Below, piece by piece: positions 20,801-31,476 of a stretch of DNA of 64,000 bases. The translations under genes and the position numbers were made by a program. Origin of the DNA: Bacteriovoracaceae bacterium (lineage in GTDB: Bacteria > Bdellovibrionota > Bacteriovoracia > Bacteriovoracales > Bacteriovoracaceae). Positions within the stretch are counted from its first letter, which is position 1; every line of letters starts with the position of its first letter. Location: contig OZ244226.1 of the NCBI GenBank assembly GCA_965217035.1, positions 1,594,146-1,658,145 of the forward strand. The letters run 5' to 3'. The notes below the pieces were generated by a model. The model did no database searches, had not been told where the DNA came from, and saw only the letters and a program-made list of their open reading frames with translations.

Positions 20801-22432
20801 ATGAAAAATCTCTATTTTTTATTTTTTTTTAATCTTGTTCTTTACTCGTGTAAAGGAGTGAGAATTATTGAAGGTGATAGGCAAAAAGCAGGCAAGCAAA
20901 CCTGTGGCGTTGCTAATCTTGCAGAAAAAATTATTTCTTTGGAAGACGAATCGGAAAAAGCCCTTTCTATCCAAGCATTTTTTAATCGTTGTGGAAAAAC
21001 TCTTAGAAAAATAAATAAGCCCAAAAAAACACGAATTGGCCAACTTATTCACGATAGTAAAGTTAGGTACCCTTACCAAAGCACAAAGTGGTTCTCTTCG
21101 AATAAAAAAGAAAAAGGGATTCAAATTGAGGACTCTCTTTACACTAATATTACCGGTTTTTTAGGAATGAAAGAAAGAGGAGTTAAGCGACCTCTTGTGA
21201 TTCTTAATTGTGGAATTCAATGTGGAGGAGAAGATGCAAGCATGGCTCAGCTTGTCAGCTTTCTTTTTGACGAAAGTGACTTTCATGTTTTAGCTCTACC
21301 AAATATTTCTACAGAGGAATATCAAAGACAAAATAAATCTGTTGTTTTTGGTGGTTTGGAAGAAGGTAGAAACTTATTAACGGTAGTCCGATATATGAGA
21401 GAAGAGTCACCTTGGAAAAATGATATCTCCTCTGTCCATGTCGTTGGTGTAAGTTTAGGAGCTCACGCTGTTTTTTATAGCGGTCTCTATGAAACTGCAA
21501 TGAAATTAAAAAAGCCTTTAATTGACTCAAGAATAGTAGGATGTCCCGTTGTTGATCTAGAGAGTTCAATGAATGAACTTTATGAACTTGACCTTGTTGG
21601 AATAAAGGCAATTAAAAATTTTAGAAAACAGGTTAATGGGTTAAAAGATACTATTAAAATTTTAAGCGAAGAAATCCCTCGCGAGGAAAAGAAAATTCGC
21701 CTCAGAGAGGCTTCTGATTTCTTAGTAAGGACTTCAGCTCGCTATTATCGAGAAAAAGGAAATGATATATTTAGCCTGACTCCTCCTTTTAAAGGGAAGT
21801 ATATTGTAACAGGTAAGGATTTTTCAAAATTTAATCGATTTCAAGATTATCAACTTCTTAACAAAAAACCTGTTTTTATTTGGAGTGCAAAAAATGATGT
21901 GGTTGTTAAATATCGAAAAAATACAAAGGCTTTTCTGAAAAAATTAAAATCAAAACCTAATAATGCATATTCTTTTATTGTAACTCCGAAAGGAAATCAT
22001 TGTAATTTTGCTCAAAATTATGGTTGGGAAACAGTTGGAAAACTTTTTAGGTCTTATATTTTATCAAGAAGCCCTGTTTTTAAACAGCGAAGGGTAAAAA
22101 AGACTCTTAAATTGAAAAAAGATCAAGTTCTAACTCTCAACGAAGAGATCATCCTGGATGAGGTTTATTGGAAAGCAGCTATCAATAAAAAAGAGGCTTT
22201 TCTTCATGTTAAGTTTAAAGATATCAAGAATAAAAAGAATCAAATTAAAGAAGTTATTGCTTTTTCATTTGAAGAACTTGGTCTTACAGAGTATTGGTTT
22301 CCTAAAAACTTAGCGGAAGAACAAGCATTAACTCGACGTTTAAATGCTCGTTACCGAGTTTGGGGAAATAAAATAGGTCTTCTTGGTCAAAATGAAGTCC
22401 CTCAGTTTGTTGAGTGGGCAACATTTTTATAA
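20801..22432 (+). CDS. Alpha/beta-hydrolase lipoprotein
   Basis: Lipobox-like YSC; GVSLG nucleophile elbow; candidate Asp (NDVV) and His (GNHC). Confidence 0.75.
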   Translation: MKNLYFLFFFNLVLYSCKGVRIIEGDRQKAGKQTCGVANLAEKIISLEDESEKALSIQAFFNRCGKTLRKINKPKKTRIGQLIHDSKVRYPYQSTKWFSSNKKEKGIQIEDSLYTNITGFLGMKERGVKRPLVILNCGIQCGGEDASMAQLVSFLFDESDFHVLALPNISTEEYQRQNKSVVFGGLEEGRNLLTVVRYMREESPWKNDISSVHVVGVSLGAHAVFYSGLYETAMKLKKPLIDSRIVGCPVVDLESSMNELYELDLVGIKAIKNFRKQVNGLKDTIKILSEEIPREEKKIRLREASDFLVRTSARYYREKGNDIFSLTPPFKGKYIVTGKDFSKFNRFQDYQLLNKKPVFIWSAKNDVVVKYRKNTKAFLKKLKSKPNNAYSFIVTPKGNHCNFAQNYGWETVGKLFRSYILSRSPVFKQRRVKKTLKLKKDQVLTLNEEIILDEVYWKAAINKKEAFLHVKFKDIKNKKNQIKEVIAFSFEELGLTEYWFPKNLAEEQALTRRLNARYRVWGNKIGLLGQNEVPQFVEWATFL

Positions 22433-22433
22433 A

Positions 22434-24089
22434 TTATAAAGATGGAAATTGAATCTTAGTCCAATCCTGTTTCGCAATTTTTAAAGATTTTTCATATCCA
22501 GCATCAGCATGACGTACAATGCCCATTCCAGAATCAGAGTTAAGAACTCGCGAAAGCCTTGTTTCCATTTCATCTGTGCCATCGGCGACGATCACCATTC
22601 CTGAATGTTGGGAATAGCCCATTCCGACTCCGCCACCATGGTGAAGACTAATCCAGCTTGCACCATTATTAATATTGATCATAGCATTCAAGAGCGGCCA
22701 ATCACTAATAGCATCAGTTCCATCTTTCATGGACTCGGTTTCTCTATTGGGTGAAGCGACGGAGCCGCAATCAAGATGGTCACGTCCAATAACGATTGGA
22801 GCTTTTACTTTGCCTTCGCGAACAAGTCTATTGAAAAGCAATGCTGCCTTTTCTCTATCACCATATTTTAGCCAGCAAATTCTTGAAGGAAGTCCCTGAA
22901 ATTGAATCTGGTTCTTTGCTTTATCAAGCCAATTTGCGAGAAGCTTATTTTCTGGAAAAAGTTCTTTAAGAGCTTTGTCAGTTGTATAGATATCTTCTGG
23001 ATCTCCAGAAAGTGCAATCCAACGAAATGGTCCAGAGCCTTCACAGAAAAGAGGTCTAATATAAGCGGGAACAAATCCAGGGAAATCGAAAGCATTTTCA
23101 CAGCCAACAAGCTTAGCCCCTTCTCTTAAATTGTTTCCATAATCAAAAACATGACTTCCACGCTTCTGGAACTCCAACATAGCTTCGACATGAACTTTCA
23201 TTGTTTCATAGGAAAGTTTTGAATATTTTTCAGGATTACTTTTTCTTAAATCTTCAGCCTCATTAAGGGTCATATTATGAGGAACATAGCCGTTGAGGGG
23301 ATCATGGGCAGATGTTTGATCAGTAACAAGATCCGGAAGAATTCCTTTTTCTAAAACATAATGAAAAAAATCAGCAGCATTTCCAATAACTCCAATGGAC
23401 TTAGGTGTTTGTGATTCTTTATATTTTAAAGCAAGTTCGATCGCTTCATCATAATCCTTTGCAAGAATATCGAGATACTTTGTATCAAGTCTTTTTTGGA
23501 TTCTTACTAGATCGACATCACATCCGAGAAAGACACCTTCTCCCATTTTTACTGCGAGTGGTTGCGCTCCACCCATTCCACCAATGCCAGCACTCAGAAC
23601 AAGTCTTCCCTTGAGATCATCTTGATTAAAATGAATTTTTGAAGCACTCATAAAAGTTTCATAAGTTCCTTGAAGGATTCCTTGGCTTCCAATATAAATC
23701 CAACTTCCTGCTGTCATCTGTCCGTACATAATAAGATCTTCAGCAGCAAGTTTATTGAAGTGATCCCATGTTGCCCAATTGGGTACGAGATTTGAGTTTG
23801 CTATTAAAACTCTTGGGCCATCTTCACGGCTCGGAAAAACAGCAACAGGTTTTCCTGATTGAATCAAAAGTGTTTCATTGTTTTCTAAATTTTTAAGGGT
23901 ATTAATGATGTCTTGTAATGCTTTTGGGTTACGAGCAGCTTTTCCATTTCCTCCATAAACAATAAGGTTTTCTCTGTCTTCAGCAACATCAGGATGTAGA
24001 TTATTGAGAAGGCATCGAAGAGCAGCTTCTTGGTGCCAGCCTTTACAGGTTAATTCTGAGCCAGTTGGTGGTAGAGGAATATTACTCAT
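22434..24089 (-). CDS. hutU: Urocanate hydratase
   Basis: [33 protein letters not shown]. Confidence 0.98.
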   Translation of the reverse strand: MSNIPLPPTGSELTCKGWHQEAALRCLLNNLHPDVAEDRENLIVYGGNGKAARNPKALQDIINTLKNLENNETLLIQSGKPVAVFPSREDGPRVLIANSNLVPNWATWDHFNKLAAEDLIMYGQMTAGSWIYIGSQGILQGTYETFMSASKIHFNQDDLKGRLVLSAGIGGMGGAQPLAVKMGEGVFLGCDVDLVRIQKRLDTKYLDILAKDYDEAIELALKYKESQTPKSIGVIGNAADFFHYVLEKGILPDLVTDQTSAHDPLNGYVPHNMTLNEAEDLRKSNPEKYSKLSYETMKVHVEAMLEFQKRGSHVFDYGNNLREGAKLVGCENAFDFPGFVPAYIRPLFCEGSGPFRWIALSGDPEDIYTTDKALKELFPENKLLANWLDKAKNQIQFQGLPSRICWLKYGDREKAALLFNRLVREGKVKAPIVIGRDHLDCGSVASPNRETESMKDGTDAISDWPLLNAMININNGASWISLHHGGGVGMGYSQHSGMVIVADGTDEMETRLSRVLNSDSGMGIVRHADAGYEKSLKIAKQDWTKIQFPSL

Positions 24090-24097
24090 GTTTATCC

Positions 24098-25627
24098 TTA
24101 GTGTAGTTGAATTTGGTCTGTAACCAAATTTAAAATTTCATCGTTTGCTATTAGTGATTTAATATTTTCAATATCTTTTGCAAAGACACGGTCTTTAGAA
24201 ATAGGTTCGACGTGCTTTCGAATCAAGCTATGAACCGACTGTAGTGCTGGAGAGGTCTTCGCTTTGCGAAATTCTAAGGCTTGGGTGTTACAGAGAAATT
24301 CAATTGCTAATGAATTTTCAAGATTTTCCAATATTCTTAAAAGTTTTCGACCTGATGTGATTCCCATAGAAACGTGATCTTCTTTGTCTGTTGAAGTTGG
24401 AATAGAGTCAACGCTAGCAGGAAAGCAAAGAGTTTTATTTTCCGAAGCAAGAGCAGCAACGGTTACATGCGTAATCATAAGACCGCTATTAAGTCCTGAA
24501 TCCTCAATAAGAAAAGCAGGTAAAGAGGAAAACAGAGGGTTCATCATTTTCTCAATTCTTCTTTCTAAAATATTATTAAGTTCCGAAACTCCCATCGAAA
24601 GATAATCCATAGCAAGGGCGATTGCTTCTCCATGAAAGTTTCCACCAGAGATAACTTTATTTTCTTCAGTAAAGATTAATGGGTTATCTGTTACAGAATT
24701 AATTTCTATCGCAAGAACATCATCAACATGTCGAATGGTTTGTCTACAAGCACCATGAACTTGGGGAATACATCTTAATGAATAGGGGTCTTGAACTTTC
24801 CCACAGTTTTCGTGTGAGTTTAAAATTTCAGAGCCTTCAAGCAAGTTGTTTAAGTTTTCAGAAACAGCTAATTGACCAGGATGTGGTTTGAGCTTTGAGA
24901 TATCAATATCAAAAGGTTTAATAGATCCTTCTAATGCATCTAGAGTCATCGCACTAGCAACGTCACAAAGAGTGGCAAGCTTTTTGGCTTTAATAACAGC
25001 AACGGCGCCCATCGCACTCATGACTGTTGTTCCATTAATAAGAGCAAGTCCCTCTTTAGGACCAAGAACAACGGGTTTTTTACCTATTTCATGGATCGCA
25101 TAACTACTAGAAACTTTTTTACCTTGATAAACTACCTCGCCTTCTCCGATTAGCGCTAATGCCATATGAGCAAGAGGAGCAAGATCTCCAGAAGCTCCAA
25201 CAGATCCTTGTCTTGGAATAACAGGATTAATATTATGATTAAGAAAATCTAAGATCAGTTGAACAGTCTCTTCTTGAACACCTGAATGTCCCTGAATTAA
25301 ACAGTTTGCTCTTAAGAGCAAAATTGCTCTTGTTGTTTCTTGTCCAAAAATTTCTCCTACTCCTGTGCAGTGAGAGCGAATAAGATTTAATTGGAGGTCT
25401 GCAAGTTGTTCATTGGGTATTTTTTTATTCGAAAGAGCACCAAACCCCGTATTAACCCCGTAAACAACTCGATCAGGATCTTTAATCAAATCAGCAACAA
25501 AATCAGAGGCTGTTTTAATCTTCTTTTTTGCAGTCTCTCCAAGTGAAACATGAATGTTTGTGGAGTGAGAGATATTATAAACATCTTCAAGGCTAAGTGT
25601 ATGTCCATCGATAACGTATTTTTTCAT
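24098..25627 (-). CDS. hutH: Histidine ammonia-lyase
   Basis: [20 protein letters not shown] (MIO Ala-Ser-Gly), [15 protein letters not shown]. Confidence 0.97.
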   Translation of the reverse strand: MKKYVIDGHTLSLEDVYNISHSTNIHVSLGETAKKKIKTASDFVADLIKDPDRVVYGVNTGFGALSNKKIPNEQLADLQLNLIRSHCTGVGEIFGQETTRAILLLRANCLIQGHSGVQEETVQLILDFLNHNINPVIPRQGSVGASGDLAPLAHMALALIGEGEVVYQGKKVSSSYAIHEIGKKPVVLGPKEGLALINGTTVMSAMGAVAVIKAKKLATLCDVASAMTLDALEGSIKPFDIDISKLKPHPGQLAVSENLNNLLEGSEILNSHENCGKVQDPYSLRCIPQVHGACRQTIRHVDDVLAIEINSVTDNPLIFTEENKVISGGNFHGEAIALAMDYLSMGVSELNNILERRIEKMMNPLFSSLPAFLIEDSGLNSGLMITHVTVAALASENKTLCFPASVDSIPTSTDKEDHVSMGITSGRKLLRILENLENSLAIEFLCNTQALEFRKAKTSPALQSVHSLIRKHVEPISKDRVFAKDIENIKSLIANDEILNLVTDQIQLH

Positions 25628-25636
25628 AATGACTCT

Positions 25637-26299
25637 TTAAAAATTTCTTAAGGATTCAACAGTTGCTTCATATTCACTTTGATCTTTTTTAAAAATAAAT
25701 GATCCAGCAACAAGATTATCGGCTCCATAGTCGATGAGTTTTTTGGCATTACTATTATTAATTCCACCATCAACTTGAATCTGATATGAAAAATCATTGT
25801 CCTTTTTTAGTTCTTTGAGAGTTTTTACTTTTTTAGCACAATCTTCCATAAAAGATTGCCCGCCAAAACCAGGTCGAACCGTCATAATCAGGACAAGATC
25901 AAGCTTTTTAAGAATTTTATGAGGGATATTTTCAATTTGAGACTCTGGATTAATAGATAATCCAACACTAGGGTAAATATTTTTAATCTTATCAATCATT
26001 TTTTCATGATCAATATTGAGTTCCCAATGATAAGTGAAATTATGAATTTTACAGTTTTTGAAAAGCCCAATATAGAGTTCGGGATTTTTTACCATGAAAT
26101 GAGCATCTAGGATGTGATCTGTTATTTTTTGAATTTTTTCGATAATCGGCGTTCCAAAAGTTAGATTGGGAACAAAGTGGCCATCCATAATATCAAGGTG
26201 AAACCAAAAGTTTTCAATTCCATCAAATATTTTTAGATCTTTCTCTAGATTTAAAAAATCAGCAGCCAGAATACTTGGTGCTATTATTGTTTTACTCAT
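25637..26299 (-). CDS. rpe: Ribulose-phosphate 3-epimerase
   Basis: APSILAADF, HLDIMDGHFVPN, PGFGGQ, VDGG. Confidence 0.97.
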   Translation of the reverse strand: MSKTIIAPSILAADFLNLEKDLKIFDGIENFWFHLDIMDGHFVPNLTFGTPIIEKIQKITDHILDAHFMVKNPELYIGLFKNCKIHNFTYHWELNIDHEKMIDKIKNIYPSVGLSINPESQIENIPHKILKKLDLVLIMTVRPGFGGQSFMEDCAKKVKTLKELKKDNDFSYQIQVDGGINNSNAKKLIDYGADNLVAGSFIFKKDQSEYEATVESLRNF

Positions 26300-27230
26300 C
26301 TTTGAACCTTAAATTTAAATCTCCCCGAATTCCATTGAGAAGATCTGTGTCTGTTGTTGGTTTTTTTCCTTCAAGTTGAATTTTTATAAGTCTGACAGCA
26401 CCGTCTATACAACCAATATTTAAAGTTTGAAATCTAGATGAGACTTCTCCTGGAGCAAGCTTCTCATTTGAAGGTTCAATCTTAAAAACTTTTAATCTTT
26501 TATCATTTAAAAAAACAAATGTTCCAGGCCATGGGTCAAGTGCACGGATCCTGTTCGATATTTGTTCAAAATTTTGATCTTTGAAAGACAAAAAACCATC
26601 ATTTTTTTTTAGCGTTGGCGCGAAGCTTACTTGAGATTCATCTTGGGGAGTAAAGATGAGCTTATCTTGTTTTAATTCATCGATAAATATAGAGCAAGAT
26701 TTTGCCGCTTGTTTTCTAAGTTTATTGTAAAGTTCTCCCCCTGTTTCATTTGCTTCAATAGTAACGGGGAAAGAATGACAAACATCTCCTGCGTCCATTT
26801 TTTTAACCATTTTTTGAATACTTACTCCAGTGCTTTGGTCACCGTTAAGAAGAGCATATTGAATGGGAGCAGCTCCACGATATTTAGGGAGTAAAGAAGT
26901 ATGGATATTAAAAGACCCCTTAGAGGGAATCATTAAAATAGCATCGTTTAAAAATTGAGAAAAAGCTAAGACTATAAAAACGTCAGGATTCAACTCTGAT
27001 ACTTTAGCGATAATCTTCTCATCTTTATTAATATTCTCTGTTTGGAAAAATTTTATTTCATTTTCTTTGCAAAATTGAATAACAGGAGGAGAGTTTACTT
27101 TCTGACCACGCCCTGATTTTCTATCGGGATTGGAAACAACAGCTGCTACTTCAATATCTTCACGTTCATGAAGCATTTTGAGTGTTGGTACTGAAAAGTC
27201 GGGAGTTCCCCAAAAAACTACTTTAATCAT
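26292..27230 (-). CDS. fmt: Methionyl-tRNA formyltransferase
   Basis: GTPDF, NIHTSLLPKYRGAAPIQ, MDAGD. Confidence 0.97.
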   Translation of the reverse strand: MIKVVFWGTPDFSVPTLKMLHEREDIEVAAVVSNPDRKSGRGQKVNSPPVIQFCKENEIKFFQTENINKDEKIIAKVSELNPDVFIVLAFSQFLNDAILMIPSKGSFNIHTSLLPKYRGAAPIQYALLNGDQSTGVSIQKMVKKMDAGDVCHSFPVTIEANETGGELYNKLRKQAAKSCSIFIDELKQDKLIFTPQDESQVSFAPTLKKNDGFLSFKDQNFEQISNRIRALDPWPGTFVFLNDKRLKVFKIEPSNEKLAPGEVSSRFQTLNIGCIDGAVRLIKIQLEGKKPTTDTDLLNGIRGDLNLRFKDE

Positions 27231-27822
27231 TTAAACTAAAAGTTCGCTTTTTTTCTTTTATCAATTTTTTTCGATAATAATTTAACTTGAGGGCACTAAG
27301 TTTTTCTATAAAAACGATACCATCGAGATGGTCATTTTCGTGTTGGATGCAAATAGATAAAAGACCATCAACTTTATCTTCATGAGTATTTCCCTGTGCA
27401 TCTTGATATTCAACACTGATCGTTTCATGTCTAACGACGTCTTCGAAAACATCAGGTACGCTCAAGCACCCTTCTTGATAGGTCGTTTCTCCAACAGGTT
27501 CTTTTATAATAGGGTTAATGAAGATTTTTGGATTTAAATTAGAAATCTCAAATTGCTCTTCATTTTCATCAACGGCCTTTCGATTATAATCAACGTCAAG
27601 GACAAAAATTCTTTTGCTAATTCCAATTTGAGGTGCAGCCAATCCTATCCCTGGCGCATTGTACATAGTGAGAATCATATTTTGGCAAAGTTCTTCGAGT
27701 TCTGGACCAAAGTCAGTCACTGATGTTGCAATTTTTTTTAAAACGGGATCCGGGTACGTGACAATATCCAAAAGCTTGGCATTTTTAGGGTATTTTTCAT
27801 CATTGGAAATCACGTTATTCAT
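27223..27822 (-). CDS. def: Peptide deformylase
   Basis: GIGLAAPQ, EGCLS, QHENDHLDG. Confidence 0.98.
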   Translation of the reverse strand: MNNVISNDEKYPKNAKLLDIVTYPDPVLKKIATSVTDFGPELEELCQNMILTMYNAPGIGLAAPQIGISKRIFVLDVDYNRKAVDENEEQFEISNLNPKIFINPIIKEPVGETTYQEGCLSVPDVFEDVVRHETISVEYQDAQGNTHEDKVDGLLSICIQHENDHLDGIVFIEKLSALKLNYYRKKLIKEKKRTFSLND

Positions 27823-27862
27823 AATAAGTCATACTACAGTTTTCTTGGGGGTTTAGCACGTT

Positions 27863-28951
27863 CTAGCGAAGTTTTTCTAGTGAAAAATAGGACTTTGCTA
27901 AATAGAGAGAAACTGCGACATGAAGCACAAACACGGCAAAAATAGGATTAAAGGTATTTGCAAGTGCAAAGGACTGCAAACTGCTGGCTGCCACCCAAAA
28001 TATAACTGAAAAAATAAGAGCAAATAAGATTGAGCGACCTGGAGATGTTCCTCTTTTACTGATTTGATTCAAATTTGAAAGGGGGAAAAGCGTGAAAATT
28101 AAACAGCTTAGTGAAACAGCGATTTTGTCATAAAAAAGAATAAGGTATTCACTCACATTGAGCCCTGTTTTTTTCAATTCTGTTATAAATTTATAAAGTG
28201 ACTGAATTCCCAAAGTGTAGATTCCTTGCTGGTATTTGTTAAAGTCCTCAACCTCTTTATCAAGATTAACTTGGTATTGTTCGTAGAAGGAGTCTTTGGG
28301 AAATTTTCCTCGTTCCGAAAGGTTTTGTATTATTTTGGCATCTCTCAATAACCAACTTCCGTTTTCCAAGTAAGAGGCCTCTCGTGCTGAGATAATCTTT
28401 TGTAGATAAGAATTTTCAAAGAGGTAAATATCCGGACTGGCGAGAACATTATTTGTTTTGTCATAAAAAAGAAAGGAGCCAAAGTAATCTTTTCCTTTAA
28501 ACCAAAGAGCTTTTAAATTTGTACTTGCACTGGGATTATCAATGAGGGCTGAGTTATCTGAAGTTTGGTTCTGTTCCTTAGCGAGGAAGGGGGCGAAATA
28601 AGCTACATTTGCAAATTGAGTAAGAAGGGCGAATAGGCCTAGAAGACTCAGAATTTGTGCAATTTTTCTTTTTGGATAGCCAGAGGCTAAAATAGCGACG
28701 AGCTCACTGTGATTTTTTAGTTTATTAAAAGTGAACAGAGTTGAAATGAGACAAGCAACTGGAATAATTCTTCCAACCATATTGCTGCTATTAAAGTAGA
28801 GATTTGTGAATATCTCAGCATAAGTATATTTATTTCTAAGAATATTATTAACGATATCGCCAAAGCTTGCGATAAGCATAAGTCCAGATAGTGTAATAAG
28901 AAAAACCTTAAACCAGGTTTTGATAATAATTTTAGAAATTATATTAATCAT
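27863..28951 (-). CDS. LptF/LptG family LPS export permease
   Basis: 3+3 TM layout, SELVAILASG motif, periplasmic AREA...W-L beta-jellyroll region. Confidence 0.85.
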   Translation of the reverse strand: MINIISKIIIKTWFKVFLITLSGLMLIASFGDIVNNILRNKYTYAEIFTNLYFNSSNMVGRIIPVACLISTLFTFNKLKNHSELVAILASGYPKRKIAQILSLLGLFALLTQFANVAYFAPFLAKEQNQTSDNSALIDNPSASTNLKALWFKGKDYFGSFLFYDKTNNVLASPDIYLFENSYLQKIISAREASYLENGSWLLRDAKIIQNLSERGKFPKDSFYEQYQVNLDKEVEDFNKYQQGIYTLGIQSLYKFITELKKTGLNVSEYLILFYDKIAVSLSCLIFTLFPLSNLNQISKRGTSPGRSILFALIFSVIFWVAASSLQSFALANTFNPIFAVFVLHVAVSLYLAKSYFSLEKLR

Positions 28952-29657
28952 TTATTGCTCGTGAAATAAGATAAATAAAGTAGAAGAAGGGACGGAAAAA
29001 AATGTTTTTCAACAAATGAGAAACAATTTTGTTTGAGCTGAGTCCTTTTATTATTGACCCTGAATAATTATAATAGAGATTAACAAAGTTTTTTCCTTGA
29101 GGGCTTTTCATTAATTGTGGTTTTAATTTTCGAAAATAATTGGTAATTGGATGAGTTTCACCAAAGCAATAATTAGCAAAAAAACACATTTTAGATTCAG
29201 CGATAATTCTTTTATAAGTTGATTCGAATGCTGTTTTATTTCGAAATCGAGTTTTTTTAATATGTTGAAAAAGAGTTCGAGTATTCATCGATTGATAAGG
29301 TTGATTAATAGTAAAACGAGCAAATTGATTTAAAAAAAGCTGTGTTTTCTTTATAGATTCTTCATCATCTTTAAGGTCCATTAATCGGGCCATATTATAA
29401 AAGGCTTGGCTCATTAAAAGTTTTTCAGCAACTGCTTGGCTTCCTGTAATATGAACTGGGTTCAAGTCAAAAATTTTCACATTATGATGATGTGCCATTG
29501 CATCGAAAAGCTCTTCAAAGTTTCTTATCGCTTGATGGGGATCTCCACCATCAATTGCCTGCTTTGCGAGTTTAATGATCGTGAAGCGTTGCTTATAGCG
29601 TGTTTCTAAAACTTTTTCTTCAAATGATTTTTCATCTTCTAATTCGTTTTCTTCCAA
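28944..29657 (-). CDS. Helical protein with C-terminal CFI-box-CTERM-like domain
   Basis: CFFANYCFG...FRK...L...GKNFVNLYY matches the CFI-box pattern; short hydrophobic/basic tail. Confidence 0.65.
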   Translation of the reverse strand: MEENELEDEKSFEEKVLETRYKQRFTIIKLAKQAIDGGDPHQAIRNFEELFDAMAHHHNVKIFDLNPVHITGSQAVAEKLLMSQAFYNMARLMDLKDDEESIKKTQLFLNQFARFTINQPYQSMNTRTLFQHIKKTRFRNKTAFESTYKRIIAESKMCFFANYCFGETHPITNYFRKLKPQLMKSPQGKNFVNLYYNYSGSIIKGLSSNKIVSHLLKNIFFRPFFYFIYLISRAIND

Positions 29658-29664
29658 GTTAGCC

Positions 29665-30555
29665 TCAAATTTTCACAATAATTGAGATGGATGTTTCTGA
29701 AATTTTTTCATCTTTGTAAAGATAGTCAGAAAGTTCATCTCGCATTCGTGATTTTTTTATAGCACCTTCTACTGAAAGCTTAGGACCATTCCACATTATT
29801 CCGTATGATCCACCTTTGAGATTTAAGTTTTTATCATCAAAAAGTCCGACTCTTACAGAGAGATCTTTTAAAAATTCTACCTGTGCTGCAATTTTATAGA
29901 AAAAAGATCCAGAAAATGATCTTGTATAATTGAAACCAATATCACCGATTGCTACAACATTTTGAGATATGACATACTGAATTCCTGCAGCCAAGGTAGA
30001 TTTTCTGTCTTCGGATCCGGAAATATCTTTTATTGAAAACCCATAGCTAAAATCTTTATCGATAAAGGTTAAGAGACCTAAATCGAGTCGATGAAAATCA
30101 TCTTCTGCCCCAGTTATTGAGTCTTCATCTTGGGTGTAATGATAGGTGCCTCCCAATGAGGTAGAGCTGCTAATTTGAGCTGCCATATTGAAAGAGTATC
30201 TCGTGCGCTCCGTGTCGTTGTCATTATAGCTTTGGTAGGATCCTCCCCCCTTACTTCTGGTGGTTCCGTCTGTAATTGCTATCATAGTTCCCCCTGGGTC
30301 TGTATTGTAAGGAGAGCTTGAAGGTCTTGATGAATTTTTAAAATCTAAAGAACCTTTATTTTGTTGAAGATAGATTAAAGACTCTTTAAAGAAGGCAGAT
30401 GTCGCAGGGTTTAAGGCTAGTGCATCAACCATATGAATGGAGGCAGTGCCAGCTCCTGAAGTTGAGATCATTCGGGTAGTTTGATAATCTCTTATATAGC
30501 CAAATGCGAGCGTCGATTGGCCGATGAATAAGGCAAGTATAACTCTTTGAATCAT
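29665..30555 (-). CDS. Outer-membrane beta-barrel protein (NPA-motif, PorV/FadL-like)
   Basis: Signal peptide, LNPA motif, amphipathic strands. Confidence 0.6.
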   Translation of the reverse strand: MIQRVILALFIGQSTLAFGYIRDYQTTRMISTSGAGTASIHMVDALALNPATSAFFKESLIYLQQNKGSLDFKNSSRPSSSPYNTDPGGTMIAITDGTTRSKGGGSYQSYNDNDTERTRYSFNMAAQISSSTSLGGTYHYTQDEDSITGAEDDFHRLDLGLLTFIDKDFSYGFSIKDISGSEDRKSTLAAGIQYVISQNVVAIGDIGFNYTRSFSGSFFYKIAAQVEFLKDLSVRVGLFDDKNLNLKGGSYGIMWNGPKLSVEGAIKKSRMRDELSDYLYKDEKISETSISIIVKI

Positions 30556-30585
30556 TGACTTAAGTATAAGAAAGAATGCATCAAC

Positions 30586-31476
30586 ATGAAAATTAAAAAA
30601 GCCATAATTCCAGTAGCAGGGAAGGGAACGCGATTTTTACCAGTGACCAAGACTGTTCCGAAGGAAATGATCCCTATTATAAATGTTCCAATGATCTATT
30701 ACGTGGTAGAAGAGGCAGTCAAAGCTGGAATTGAAGAAATTATATTTATTACATCAAAGGGAAAAGAGGCTATTGAGCATTTTTTTCAAAAGAATGAAGC
30801 TCTTGAGAGATTTTTATCTGAAAAGGGCAAAGAGGATTTGCTTTCCGAGTATAGCTCAATCACGAATCGAGTAAAACTCACAACCGTTGAACAGGTAGAG
30901 CAACTTGGACTTGGTCATGCTGTTTTACAAGCTGAGGATTTCATTGGGACAGATGAAACCTTCGCGGTCTTGTTGGGAGATGATTTAGTCTTAGCGACTA
31001 ATCCGGTTACTAGGCAGTTAGTGGAAGTTTCTGAGAAGCATGATTTATGTTCAGTTATCGGTGTGATGGAAGTTCCAAACCAGGATACGAATAAGTATGG
31101 GATTGTGAAAGGGGATTTTCTTGAGGGAAATAAATCTTTAACAATGGAATTAATGGTTGAAAAGCCGAAACCAGAAGAAGCTCCTACTAATTTAGCAACA
31201 CCGGGAAGATATATTCTTAATTCAAAAATCTTTGAATGCTTGAAGGAAATTCCGCGTGGAGCTGGTGGAGAATATCAACTTACTGATGCTATTAATCTTT
31301 TGTGCCAAAAAGAAAAAGTCCTTGCGCATATCTTTGATGGTGATCGTTTTGATACAGGTAATCCAAAAGCTTATCTGGAGGCAACTCTTGAGTTTGCATT
31401 GAGAAGTTCAGAGTTTAAAAACGATATGATTCATATCATTAAAGAAGTTTCTAAAAGACATGGAATTAAATTATGA
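30586..31476 (+). CDS. galU: UTP--glucose-1-phosphate uridylyltransferase
   Basis: KAIIPVAGKGTRFLP, PKEM, GLGHAV, VEKP, GEYQLTDA. Confidence 0.97.
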   Translation: MKIKKAIIPVAGKGTRFLPVTKTVPKEMIPIINVPMIYYVVEEAVKAGIEEIIFITSKGKEAIEHFFQKNEALERFLSEKGKEDLLSEYSSITNRVKLTTVEQVEQLGLGHAVLQAEDFIGTDETFAVLLGDDLVLATNPVTRQLVEVSEKHDLCSVIGVMEVPNQDTNKYGIVKGDFLEGNKSLTMELMVEKPKPEEAPTNLATPGRYILNSKIFECLKEIPRGAGGEYQLTDAINLLCQKEKVLAHIFDGDRFDTGNPKAYLEATLEFALRSSEFKNDMIHIIKEVSKRHGIKL

